Positions 1 through 11,579 of a stretch of 64,000 bases of DNA are shown here, in pieces; positions within the stretch are counted from its first letter, which is position 1; every line of letters starts with the position of its first letter. Position numbers and translations under genes: made by a program. The notes beneath the pieces are model-generated. The model was not told the DNA's origin and made no database searches. It was given only the letters and a program-made list of their open reading frames with translations. The stretch covers positions 35,819 to 99,818 of the forward strand of contig NW_021832832.1 of the NCBI RefSeq assembly GCF_006345805.1. Direction: 5' to 3'. The DNA is from Octopus sinensis. Its lineage: Eukaryota.

Positions 1-622
1 TTGCCTTTCATCCTTTCGGGGTCGATTAAATAAATACCAGTTGCGACTTGCCCTTCCTCGCAAATTTCGGGTCTTGTGCCTATAATACAAAGGATTATGA
101 TGTATGAGTAAAAAGACTGATATCAACAGCAGTAATAAAGTTGTGGATATATTTTTAGGCTGACTAGTTATTAGACCCTTAGTCATTTCCAACTAATCTT
201 TTATGAAATCTGATACGACTGTAATAAACACATTTCAATATAATTCTGTTAAATGCTTAACGGTATTTCGTCAGTCTTTACGTTCTGATTTCAAATCCAC
301 CAAGGTCGACTTTGCCTTTCATCCTTTCGGGGTTGAAAATATAAGTACAAGTTGAGAATCGATGTAATCGATTTGCCCCTTACACCGAAAGTACTGGCCT
401 TATGCCAAAATTTGAAACCAATATTAATTTGGTAAATCATTAGCACGCTGGATAAAATGATTAGCTGCATTTTTTTCCGGCTTTACGTTCTGAGTTCAAA
501 TTCCGCCGAAGTCGACTTTGCCTTTCATCATTTCGAGGTCGATAGATTATGTACCAGTACCAGTAGAAAACTGGGATCGATGTAATCGACTTATCCTCTC
601 CCACAAAATGTGAAACAAATAT
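1..622 (+). mobile_element. Cluster of three partial family B SINEs
   Basis: Repeated gtcgactttgcctttcatcctttcggggtcga core at ~1, ~305 and ~511. Confidence 0.85.
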
Positions 623-1454
623 AAGCTATACTCATTTCTCTTTTACTTGTTTCAGTCATTTGACTGCGGCCATGCTAGAGCACCGCCTTTTATATTGTTA
701 CTGACTTTTTTCTAAGTTCAGACGTGTCACACATTTTAGTAATACATAATAACTTATGCTAAGAACTCGTTTAAGTGCACGCAGGCAATTTTTATGTTAA
801 AAACAGAATTTATTTCCCTGATATATGTTTTGTAAACCATCTGCATGGGAAAGAGGTTGCAGCGGACATAATAAATATATGATTAAGAAAGCTACTGAGA
901 TTTTGATTTCTAATCTAACTCATACATATTCCAATCGAACTTGCCAACCTGGTTACAGTTTTCATGTAGAGAAGATTAGCAATTGCTCATCCATGCAAGT
1001 GTCTCCTTTCCAAACTAAGTGATGATGATCAAAAGAAAGACAAGACCGATCAACTTCGCGCTGCCAACTATCGACTAATTGGCCATTCTTTCATGAATTT
1101 AATGCATTACCATTTCGTACCAATAGCTCTCTTGTATACCACGTACAAAGGAAGCAACGAAATGTCCAGCCAATTTAGTCTATGCTTAAAATTGAAAATA
1201 AAATAAAAAGTAATATCGACGCGTAATCAATTCGATGCTGTTCCACACACAAATGCTAAACGATGCCAAAAACAGAGCATTATTAATCCAAGGGTAACGT
1301 AGAAAAGTGTACCCTGAACTTAATGCATAAAAATGTAGACTATACAAAACTGGATGCTACCAGAAACATAGCAACCTGCAACCAGCAAAAATAGTAATAG
1401 AGATAGAGAGAGGGATGATGTTTCTTCATTATACGTAATTGACAACTATATACT

Positions 1455-1840
1455 TTTGGAAGCACTCCGTCGGTTACGACGATGAGGGTTCCGGTTGATC
1501 CGAATCAACGGAACAGCCTGCTCGTGAAATTAACGTGTAAGTGGATGAGCACTCCACAGACACGTGCACCCTTAACGTAGTTCTCGGGGATATTCAGCGT
1601 GGCACAGAGAGTGACAAGGCCGGCCCCTTGAAATACAGGTACAACAGAAACAGGAAGTAAGAATGAGAGAAAGTTGTGGTCAAAGAGTACAGCAGGGATC
1701 ACCACCACCCCCTGCCGGAGCCTCGTGGAGCTTTTAGGTGTTTTCGCTCAATAAACACTCACAACGCCCGGTCTGGGAATCGAAACCGCGATCCTATGAC
1801 CGCGAGTCCGCTGCCCTAACCACTGGGCCATTGCGCCTCC
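1455..1840 (-). mobile_element. Full-length tRNA-derived SINE, family C, with 13-bp TSD
   Basis: Head has A box TGGCCCAGTGG and B box GGTTTCGATTCC. TSD acaactatatact at 1442-54 and 1841-53. Very similar to the copy at 50800-51182. Confidence 0.92.
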
Positions 1841-2521
1841 ACAACTATATACTAAAAACCTTGCGAATCTACGACGACATTTTGAGAGAAAAGGAATTGT
1901 TGACATCAAAGGTACCAGAAATAGAAGTAAAAATCCTTAGTACAATTAAAGAATATGTAACGAAAATACAGATATAGAACAATATATTCAAATCTAAAAC
2001 CATACAATGAAAATACAAAGGACGAAGACAGACGTACATGTGTATAAAAAAAAAATGGGGAAAATATTTCAAGACCTACAGACTACAAACCAACAAAACC
2101 TGAACTAGAAAAACACTTAGAAATTTTTTATAAATGGAAGTTCTAATGATGGAAATCTTGAAAATGACAATAATCGAAATGTGAAAATATTTAAGTAATT
2201 AATTTTAATAGATCTATTATTGCTGTAGTACAAGTACCACTCGAAGAAAAACTCAAATATGAAAAAGTGAAGAAATAAACCGAAAAAAAAAAGCAGCGCA
2301 AATCTGTCCATCGTAATTTTAATTAAAGCAGGTACGAACGTCATTATCAGCTGAAGAAATGAAATACAGCACTATGTGTATCAATTGTGATAATGAATAA
2401 AGCAATTGAATACTTTTGCAGACTTGGTGTGTTTGTCTGTATGTAGTTATGCGTACGCGCACTTATGCGTGCATGTGTTGTATATACATTTCTATACATG
2501 TGTATGTGCGTGTATATGTAT

Positions 2522-2587
<66 letters not shown>

Positions 2588-2699
2588 CGGAGATGTACTT
2601 GCATGGCAAGTGAATTGATCTGAGATCGTGTGCTGAAACGAAAACAATTGCAGCGTGGAAGGTGTTTGTAAGCCATTTAAGAAACACACAAAAGCCGTT

Positions 2700-3132
2700 C
2701 GATTCACTTCAGAACGTTCAGACAGGTGAAATACCTATTTCTTTACAACCCACAAGGGGCTAAACAGAGAGAGGAGAAACAAGGACAGACAAACGGACCC
2801 CAGTGCGTAATTCGTACTTATTTAATCGACCCCGAAAGGATGAAAGGCAAAGTCGACCTCGGCGGAATTTGAACTCAGAACGTAGCGACAGACGAAATAC
2901 CTATTTCTTTACTACCCACAAGGAGCAAAACAAAGAGAAGACAAACAAGGACAAACAAACGGATTAAGTCGATTACATCGACCCCAGTGCGTAAGTGGTA
3001 CTTAATTTATCGACCCCGAAAGGATGAAAAACAAAGTCGACCTCGGCAGAATTTGAACTCAGAAGGTAACGGCAAACGAAATACATCTAAGCATTTCGCC
3101 CAGCGTGCTAACGATTCTGCCAGCTCGCCGCC
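2700..3132 (-). mobile_element. Family B SINE head-to-tail concatemer
   Basis: Units are joined at gaaatacctatttcttta (2728-45 and 2894-2911). Confidence 0.85.
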
Positions 3133-3133
3133 T

Positions 3134-3174
3134 TAATAATAATAATACAAATGATGATGATAATAATAATAATA

Positions 3175-3246
<72 letters not shown>

Positions 3247-3415
3247 AAATAATAATAATAATACAAATAATAATAATAATAATAATACAAATGATAATAA
3301 TAATAAAATAATAATGATAATAATAATATATAATAATAATAATAATACAAATAATAATAATAATAATAATACAAATGATAATAATAATAATAATAATGAT
3401 AATAATAATAATAAT
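3134..3415. repeat. (TAA)n microsatellite; similar tracts at 4727-4972, 45000-45068, 45277-45420, 50469-50523, 54863-54914
   Basis: Direct reading. Confidence 0.95.
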
Positions 3416-4109
3416 ATTTATATTTATAGCTCCGATAAAAGACTTCATGGACCACAACGACAAACAACATCCATAGCCTCATTAAAATTTTACCGCTTTA
3501 GTTCCTCAGAGATTTTCCTCATCAAAATTGCTTAGATTTCTTAACATACTCCATCATTTGTTGTCTTATCTCATGTGAATTTATTTACAAGAGATAAAAA
3601 ACATGACTTCCTTTAATATCGATTGCTTTGCACGATAGTTCATCCATTCTTTCATTGAAGCCTTACACTAAACTATTTCGATTCTCTTGTCTCAACTAAA
3701 TAATATAATGAGTTCCTCCGTTCTATTTCCATCACAAGTGATGTACGTGTGTATTTATCTATCTATTAGTAAGTTTATGGGTTTTCGTATTTCAGTGTGT
3801 ATGTGTACGTGAACGTGTTTTTGAACTTCTAATTTTTTTCTTTTTTCTTCTTTTTTTTTTGCATTTCCTTATCGTGTTCGTATCATACGTGCGTTGGAAA
3901 TATATACACAGCAATTTTTTTTTCATCGGCCAATGTTGTTTCTTCGTTTCAGCAACATTTTCGGCTTGTTTATCATTGAATTTTTTTTTTCTTATCAGAA
4001 TGTTATTTCAATATTTTAATTTCATTTCTACACAAACACAATAACAAAAATAGCTACAATAATATAACGACAAGAATAGCAGCAGCAGCAGCAACAACAA
4101 CAACAATAG

Positions 4110-4735
4110 ACATGGTTCCAAATTTTGTCACAAGGGCAGCCATTTTGGGCGAGAGGATGAGTCGATTACATCGATCTTAGTCTTCATCTACTACTTATTT
4201 TATCGACTTCGAAAGGATGGATGGCAAAGTCAAACCTCTGCGGAACGTAACGAGGGGCGAAATAACGTAAGCATTTCGTCCAGCGCGCTAATGATTGTGC
4301 TACCACGCCACCTTAACAATAATAATAGTCTTTTGTAATTTTTGCCACAAGAGCAGCTAGGGGGAGGGGGGATGAGTCGATTACATCGACCTCAGTGTTT
4401 AACAGGTACTTATTTTATCGACCCCGAAGCGATAAAAGGCAAAGTCGACCTCGACGGAATTTGAACTCAGAACGTAGCGACGGGCGAAATACCGCTAAGC
4501 ATTTCGTCCAGCGTGCTAACCATCCTGCAGGCTCACCGCCTTAATAATAATGATAATTCTTTCTATTAAAAACACAAGACCAGCTCGCCGCATTTATCAA
4601 GAAAAATAATAATAATAATAACAAGTGTTATTATTATTATAATAATCCTCACTATTATAGGCACAAGACTTGAAATTTTGGGGAGTGTTGTAGTCGATTC
4701 CATCAACATGACCAGTTCTTCGCAGAATTAGAATA

Positions 4736-4770
<35 letters not shown>

Positions 4771-4938
4771 AATAATAATAATGATAATAATAATGATAAT
4801 GATAATAATAATGATAATAATGATGATGATGATAATAATGATAATAATAATAATAATGATGATGATAATGATAATAATGATGATAATGATAATAATGATA
4901 ATAATAATGATAATAATAATAATAATAATAATAATAAA

Positions 4939-4972
<34 letters not shown>

Positions 4973-5162
4973 GAAGAAGAAGAATCCTTTCTACTGAAGG
5001 CACAAGGCCTGAAATTTGGGGACTAGTTGATCACATCGACCTCAGTACGTAACTGGTACTTAAATGCAAAGTCAGCCTGGGCAGAATTTGAACTCAGAAC
5101 ATAATGTCGGACGAATTGCTGCTAAGCATTATGTCGGCGTGCTGACGAGTCTGCCTGCTCAC
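4110..5162 (-). mobile_element. Chain of family B SINEs separated by (TAA)n/(TGA)n
   Basis: Copies at ~4110-4312, 4330-4540, fragments at 4570-4720, and 4983-5160. Confidence 0.85.
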
Positions 5163-6328
5163 AATATTCACAGTAACAACAAATACTGTAGTATCTATTA
5201 TTGCTAGAAAGGTTCATTCATGCATGAAAGAGAAAAACATCTGACAAAGCTGTCACAAAACAATTCGAAGAGGGCATTGACATTTTACAATATATTAGGA
5301 CGAAGTACGTGTTTTTTCTTGGTATTTTACAGAAAATACATATACATACATATAAACATACATACACGTTCATATACACATTTATGTATCTATGCATGAA
5401 TGTTTGTATATATATCCATGTGTGTATATGTGAAATAGTTGTTTCAGTCATTTGACTGTGGTCATGCTGGAGCACCGCTTTTAGTCGAGCAAATCGACCC
5501 CAGGACTTATTCTTTGTAAGCCTAGTACTTATTCTATCGGTCTCTTTTGCCGAACCGCTAAGTTACGAGGACGTAAACACACCAGCATCGGTTGTCGAGC
5601 GATGTTGGTGGGTACAAACACAGACACAAACATATACACATACGTGAAGAGATTATGTACGACTGAAAAAAGTTTAGTACATAAGTATATATGGCCATGT
5701 TTAGACAAACAAATATATGTATGATTATGCATAAAACAAAACGTACAGATTTGCTTAGCCATTGACCCCTAATTATTTCACATATACACACATACACGCA
5801 CAATTGTCCCGTTTATTGTTGAACTTTCAATGAAGAAGCCTTCTATACAGGATAGAAAGCGACTTTTTCTCCATTGGCAAAAATTAAGACATTAAACTAA
5901 ATATTATACTTTAAAACGATGAATACGATGCAAGAAAAGCGTACACGAAACAAATAAGGGTTTTTCACCCGAATGTGAATCAGAATAGCGTACTACGCTG
6001 CCATCTCTCTTTCTCAGAATCTAATGACTGACACCCAAATGTATAAAAAAAATTTTCTGCACAGTAGAATTTTCCATTCTCAGATCTGGTGTTTTTTCTA
6101 TTTTCTTTTCTGTTTTCAGGTAATGATATAAAATTCGTGTACTCTAGACTATCATTTGGGTCGCTTTCAATGTTGTTTGGTTGATTTTGTGCCTCACCTT
6201 GCAGAACTAACATATCTTCCATTATCTGTCTAAGGGGAAACCTTGTATTTCGAACGACAATGTGGCTCATGTTTTCCTAGGGAGGTCGCTCCTCACACGT
6301 TCCCCATTCCTTTTCTCTGGTGATATAA

Positions 6329-6359
<31 letters not shown>

Positions 6360-6381
6360 GTCTCTCTCTTACTCTCTCTCT

Positions 6382-6830
6382 CTTACTCTTTTAGTTGTTT
6401 CAGTCATTTGACTGTGGTCATGCTGGAGCAACGCCTTTAGTCGAGCAAATCGAGCCCAGGACTTATTCTTTGTAAGCCTAGTACTTATTCTATCGGTCTC
6501 TTTTGCCGAACCGCTAAGTTACGAGGACGTAAACACACCAGCATCGGTTGTCGAGCGATGTTGGTGGGTACAAACACAGACACAAACATATACACACAGG
6601 CATATATATATATATATATATATATATACAAATGTTGAAGTGAATCTATATATACATATAGATAAATACGACGAGCTCCTTTGAGTTTCCGTCTACCAAA
6701 TCCACTCACAATGTTTTGGTGTGCCCGAGGCTATAGTCGAAGACACTTTCCCAAGGTGCCACGCAGTGGGAGTGAACCCAGAACCATGTGGTTCGTAAGC
6801 AAACTACTTACGACACAGCCACTCCTGTGC
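6382..6830 (-). mobile_element. SINE family A, full length; partial copies at 635-690(-) and 5436-5640(-)
   Basis: Reverse complement of the family A structure. Confidence 0.9.
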
Positions 6831-6946
6831 TTTTAGATTCCTTTGTCTTTTACTCTTTACCCTTTCACTCTCTTTACTACCTTAAACAAAACGAAACACT
6901 AGTTCACGATGGTTCATTTCCTCTTCATCACTGACGAGACAACAGT

Positions 6947-7134
6947 CTAGTGCTTGTTATTATACAAACCAGAAGGTTCCTTGTCGTCTCCTGGGACTCG
7001 GGACGCGGTCATTTCTTCGGATGCTTCGGCACTATCGACCGGTGATATTTTGAGAGCAGCAGTTTTACCAGCCTGCTGCTGCTGTTGCTGCTGATGTTGG
7101 TGTTGTTGTTGCTGCTGCTGCTGTTGTTGTTGTT

Positions 7135-7169
<35 letters not shown>

Positions 7170-7281
7170 TGTTGTCGTTGTTGTTGTTGTTGTTGGTGGT
7201 GGTGGTGCTGGTGGTGGTGGTGCTGGTGCTGCTGCTGCTGCTGTTTGTGGTGTTCTCTCGTCTCCTCTGCCTTTTTAACTC
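6947..7281 (-). CDS. Possible terminal coding exon with a Q/H/R homopolymer run (unknown product)
   Basis: Minus-strand ttttctgtctag|G acceptor (AG at 7283-82). Frame open to TAG at 6947; the non-repeat part reads AGKTAALKISPVDSAEASEEMTASRVPGDDKEPSGLYNNKH. No recognisable domain, and a second frame is also open. Confidence 0.2.
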
Positions 7282-7699
7282 CTAGACAGAAAACTTTCAA
7301 CTGTCTTTTATTCCGACATGTTGTACCGCCTTTGCTTCTTTTCTGTCACCACTAATCTTTATTGGTTTTATTTTCGCGCCCACCACAAAGCAAAGCCTAC
7401 AAAAGTCCTCAAGGGTCATTAGGAATTTCCTTGACTAGTCAGACACCTCGGAACCTAATGTGGTTTCCTAATCATTTGTGCATTGACTAAAAGTCTCTGA
7501 TGTGATACAAAAGCCAACATTTTTACCAATCTCATTCACAGCATTCTTCGTGTACTTCGCCTCTTGTATTGTAGTGTGTATGTGTTTGTGTGTGTGTGTG
7601 TGTGTGTTTGACGCACCACTCCGGTTTACCGTTTCACACTATTAAATTTAAGAACCAGGTATATTCTCGCAAGCTTCATTCCGGCCCATGCTTTACACG

Positions 7700-7880
7700 T
7701 TATACCTATTTCTTTACTACTCACAAGGGGCTAAACACAGAGGAGACAAACAAGGACAGACAGACGGATTAAGTCGATTATATGGACCCCAGTGCGTAAC
7801 TGGTACTTAATTTATCGACCCCGAAAGGATTAAAGGCAAAGTTGATCTCGGCGGAATTTGAACTCAGAACGTAATAACGG
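7700..7880 (-). mobile_element. Family B SINE, 5'-truncated
   Basis: Core and tail match the other family B copies. Confidence 0.85.
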
Positions 7881-9244
7881 CCTGGGCTACCACGACTTGT
7901 TTCCGCAAAATTATGAGTAAAACTTATGTGTTCTCAGAAATTCAGCGATGTGTGACCTTCCTTCCTAACTCTTCCATAAGGTGATTAGGCAAGGCAGTTC
8001 TGTTTTTGACTTCCCATATCTCTGCCTCGAAGGTCTTTATTCCTTTTCGGTGCCCCTTTGTAGCTCGGAACGCTAACGAAAGTGTATTATTTACAGTATC
8101 ATTTGCGTTGCTTAAGATAACGATTTATATTTAAGTTACATTGTTTTCTTAATTTTAGAAAAATGTGTTTGTGTTTTTTCGATGTTGTATTCAATATACT
8201 GCTGAAACCTGACGCATCACAGAATGTCCCCTGTGGAAAAAATATTCTAAAACAAACACTTTTCCATCTAGACAGAGTTGGTAAATTTTACAAATTCCTC
8301 GGAGCGAGGTGAAGTCACATCTGCTTCCGAAAACGAGGAAAATGACGATAACAACAACAACAACAACAACAACATCAATAGCAACAAGAATGATAAAATA
8401 ATAATAAAATAATAATTACTAAAGTTACAATGACAATTACGAACTCCAAAATCAAAATCTTCGAAATTCTGTGATTCCTTTTTGGTTTGGTTTGCTTTTA
8501 TTTTTTTTAAAGAATACAATCATTGTGAGACTATGCACAAATAATTGGATTATTTCTAAGCTAAACGTAATGACGATCGTGTGAAGAAGAACAAAGCCTA
8601 GGGGAATTTCTTTTCTTGGAAACTTGATTAATTCCTCTAGAATTCTAAAGAAAACATGGCTAAAGAAATAGGTCATTTGTAATAGAACTGCAACTCGTTT
8701 CATTGCTTTTATTTGTATCTTAAATTACAGAATTGAAACTAGATATACAATCACGGTAGCTTCTCTTGTTGATGATGATATTATTTTCTAACCCCCCACA
8801 TCAGCTCTGATCACGCAGATTTATGATTAAAGGGATTGTAACTGTAATCAACCCGTCTTAGTCATATAAATATTTCGAACTAAGTATGAGCAGGTTCTAC
8901 ATAACCATTTCTAAGCCTAGAGGCTGAGTTGATGTGTATTTGGCTGTAACTTCCAGCAGATTAACTGACATGATAGAGACTCCGCTGTTTAACTCACAAA
9001 GGTGACTGGATCACTGACAGGTACCAAAAACAATCAACACTATATTTTTTCCCATAAATCAATGACTCGCGAATTGGATACATAGCGAAAAATATATTTA
9101 TCATTTTTTTATTGTATTTTTTCCTCACGTTTTCCCCACATCATTATATATGCGCGCACGCACACACACGCACAAATTATACATTTCAATATATATTCGC
9201 TATATATATGTGTGTGTGTGGGGGGGTGTATGTGTGTGTGTTTG

Positions 9245-9364
9245 TGTATAACATATCATCAGGATTGTGACAACTCTATGTAAAAATACACAGACACACA
9301 CACATATATATATATATATGTATTTTTACATAGAGTAGTCACAATCCTGATGATATGTTATACA
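9245..9364. repeat. Near-perfect 46-bp inverted repeat with a 28-nt microsatellite loop
   Basis: 9245-9290 and the reverse complement of 9319-9364 match at 45/46 positions. Confidence 0.95.
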
Positions 9365-9476
9365 TACATCCACATCTATCTAGCTAGCTAGCTTCTCTCT
9401 TTCCCTCTCTTACATATATATATATATATACACAATACATACATTAAAACATATATACATGTTCATACACACGTAC

Positions 9477-9538
<62 letters not shown>

Positions 9539-11322
9539 ATTAGTATGTATGCATGTGTCGTTAAAGTGTTCCCTGTCGAACTGAACAGCCCGGAGAATGA
9601 AATGTGAGTCAAGAGCGACTCTCAGTATTCACTTCCACCGCCATCTTTCAGTATGAGTATTACGCTCGTTGCACTCCGGATGTTTGCTGATATCTCTACG
9701 AGGACGCACCACTCAGTTCCCTCACCCCGTATTTTATATCGAAGCTTCAGGGAGACGAAACAATCCAAAGGAGTGTCGTGTGACGCTAGATAGCGTAGAA
9801 CAAGAAACAGGAACTTATGAAATGCTAAAGGCTGGTTGTTTCCTGATTGTTTGTGAAGTTGTTACAAAGCAAGAGACAGATGTTGATATATTTCAGAATA
9901 ATATCATTGCACTTTTCATTATAATATTCTAAATCACCATCTGTTGTCGCAAAGAAGCTTAATGGGTGTAGCAAAATAAATATACATTGACGAAATAGAG
10001 GGTAATGGTTTATAGGATTGTCCTAATATACATAATAGAGTACTTATACGTCCAACTACCAAGCACATTACGCAGACGAGTTTCGTAAAATTCATGCGCC
10101 TGTGGCATTGTGCAGAAGGCATTCTGATAATAATAAAGATGTTATGGCGAAAGTGCGGATAATTTTTGATGTTTTTATTTTATTTTTTGCTGTTGCTTTT
10201 AGTACTGTTATTTTTGCTGTTGTTGCTTTTAGTACTGTTATTTTTGAAACTCAAGCGAACTTGGATCGAACGGAGTTAGAATCCAAAGTGTTGTGCTGGT
10301 GGCCATTTTATCCTCATACACGTATTCAGAGCTACATCAACCAACGTGTTGGTCCATGTTTAAGGTCGTGTAAAGTGATCTGAAGTAACTTCGGCTGCTA
10401 TTCCTAGCTTTTCGTGTGGTAGATAGATGCTTCATATTTTCATTGCTTATCACCAGATCAAACTAGAACGAGCAGACTTAAGCTCAAAGAGATTTCAGTC
10501 GTAACTATATCGTCTTTAGTATTCTAGTATCGCTAAAACATTATTTCATATACATTTCTTAAAGCTGGATATTTGGTTGCTCTTATTATTATTTGAAGGG
10601 ACCACATTGAGGGAGCACATTCGCATGATAGAGTTATAAATGCTAACTATTATTACCGTTATTTATCCCTGTGTTGCCTTCATGACGCGGACCTATGAAC
10701 AACATTATTCCAGCTGTTACTACCCTTTAGTTTTAGAAATAATTACGACGACATTTCCCAGTATAACCTTTACTATGCAGCCCTATGACCGAAGACATTC
10801 CAGCTGTGATCATCCCGTCGTTTTAGAAATAATTAGGCTGACATTCTCTGCGATGACTCCTTTTTTTTAAAATAGTAAATTGTGGACTTACGGAATTTAC
10901 CTTCCTATTTATATCAAGGAAGGGAACTTTTAGAAATCTGGTCGACTTTTCTTGTTGATATTTTCGTTGGTAGTGGTTATGGTTGTATTATGTGTGACTG
11001 TAATCATCAATACAACACTTATCTCTGGGTCAGAGATCAGGATTGATGTAACGCAATCGGTAAGACACCCATTCGGGTAGTAATAGATTATCGGTTCGAG
11101 CATAACTAAATATTATATAACATTCAATTGTTTTTGTTTTTCTGCACGTCACACACAAAGAAACAAATCTATGCTAAAAGGCTTTTTCCCCATCACTATC
11201 ACAACCTTCTGTCGGATATTCTATATCTAGGATTCCATTAAACAATATACCCCGATCTCATAGAATAGCAGAGTGTAATTTTTTGAAGAATTGTCTGATG
11301 TTTCTAGAAGTTAGATGGTTTC

Positions 11323-11443
11323 TGTTTGAGCTGCTGCAATAAGTATGTGAAACTGAGAAGGAAATTTGTCGAATAAAATCATAATTAAATGATCCTCCTC
11401 TATTTTCTTTTATCCAAAGCCAGGAACTTTTCAGAAACCCGTC

Positions 11444-11444
<1 letters not shown>
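11323..11444. mobile_element. Probable one-ended mariner remnant
   Basis: Ends in aaagccaggaacttttcagaaacccgtca|ta, resembling the reverse of a TA|CGAGGG..GAAAAGT mariner terminus. The partner end was not found. Confidence 0.35.
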
Positions 11445-11474
<30 letters not shown>

Positions 11475-11544
11475 TGTATGTATGTATGTATGTATGTATG
11501 TATGTATGCATATATGTATAGGTATATGTTTGTGTGTGTTTGTC

Positions 11545-11579
<35 letters not shown>

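Noticed and set aside
2700-3132. Regularly spaced direct repeats that could look CRISPR-like
   Set aside because: The intervening sequences are themselves homologous SINE bodies, not unique spacers; eukaryotic context with no cas genes.
5980-6270. 96-aa minus-strand ORF with an internal AAG|GTGAGG donor
   Set aside because: No recognisable domain; the implied 32-nt exon has a weak acceptor.
8272-8412. Possible + strand exon TELVNFTNSSERGEVTSASENEENDDNNNN..K* after ttttccatctag
   Set aside because: Short, half microsatellite, no homology recognised and no partner exon; cannot be told from chance.
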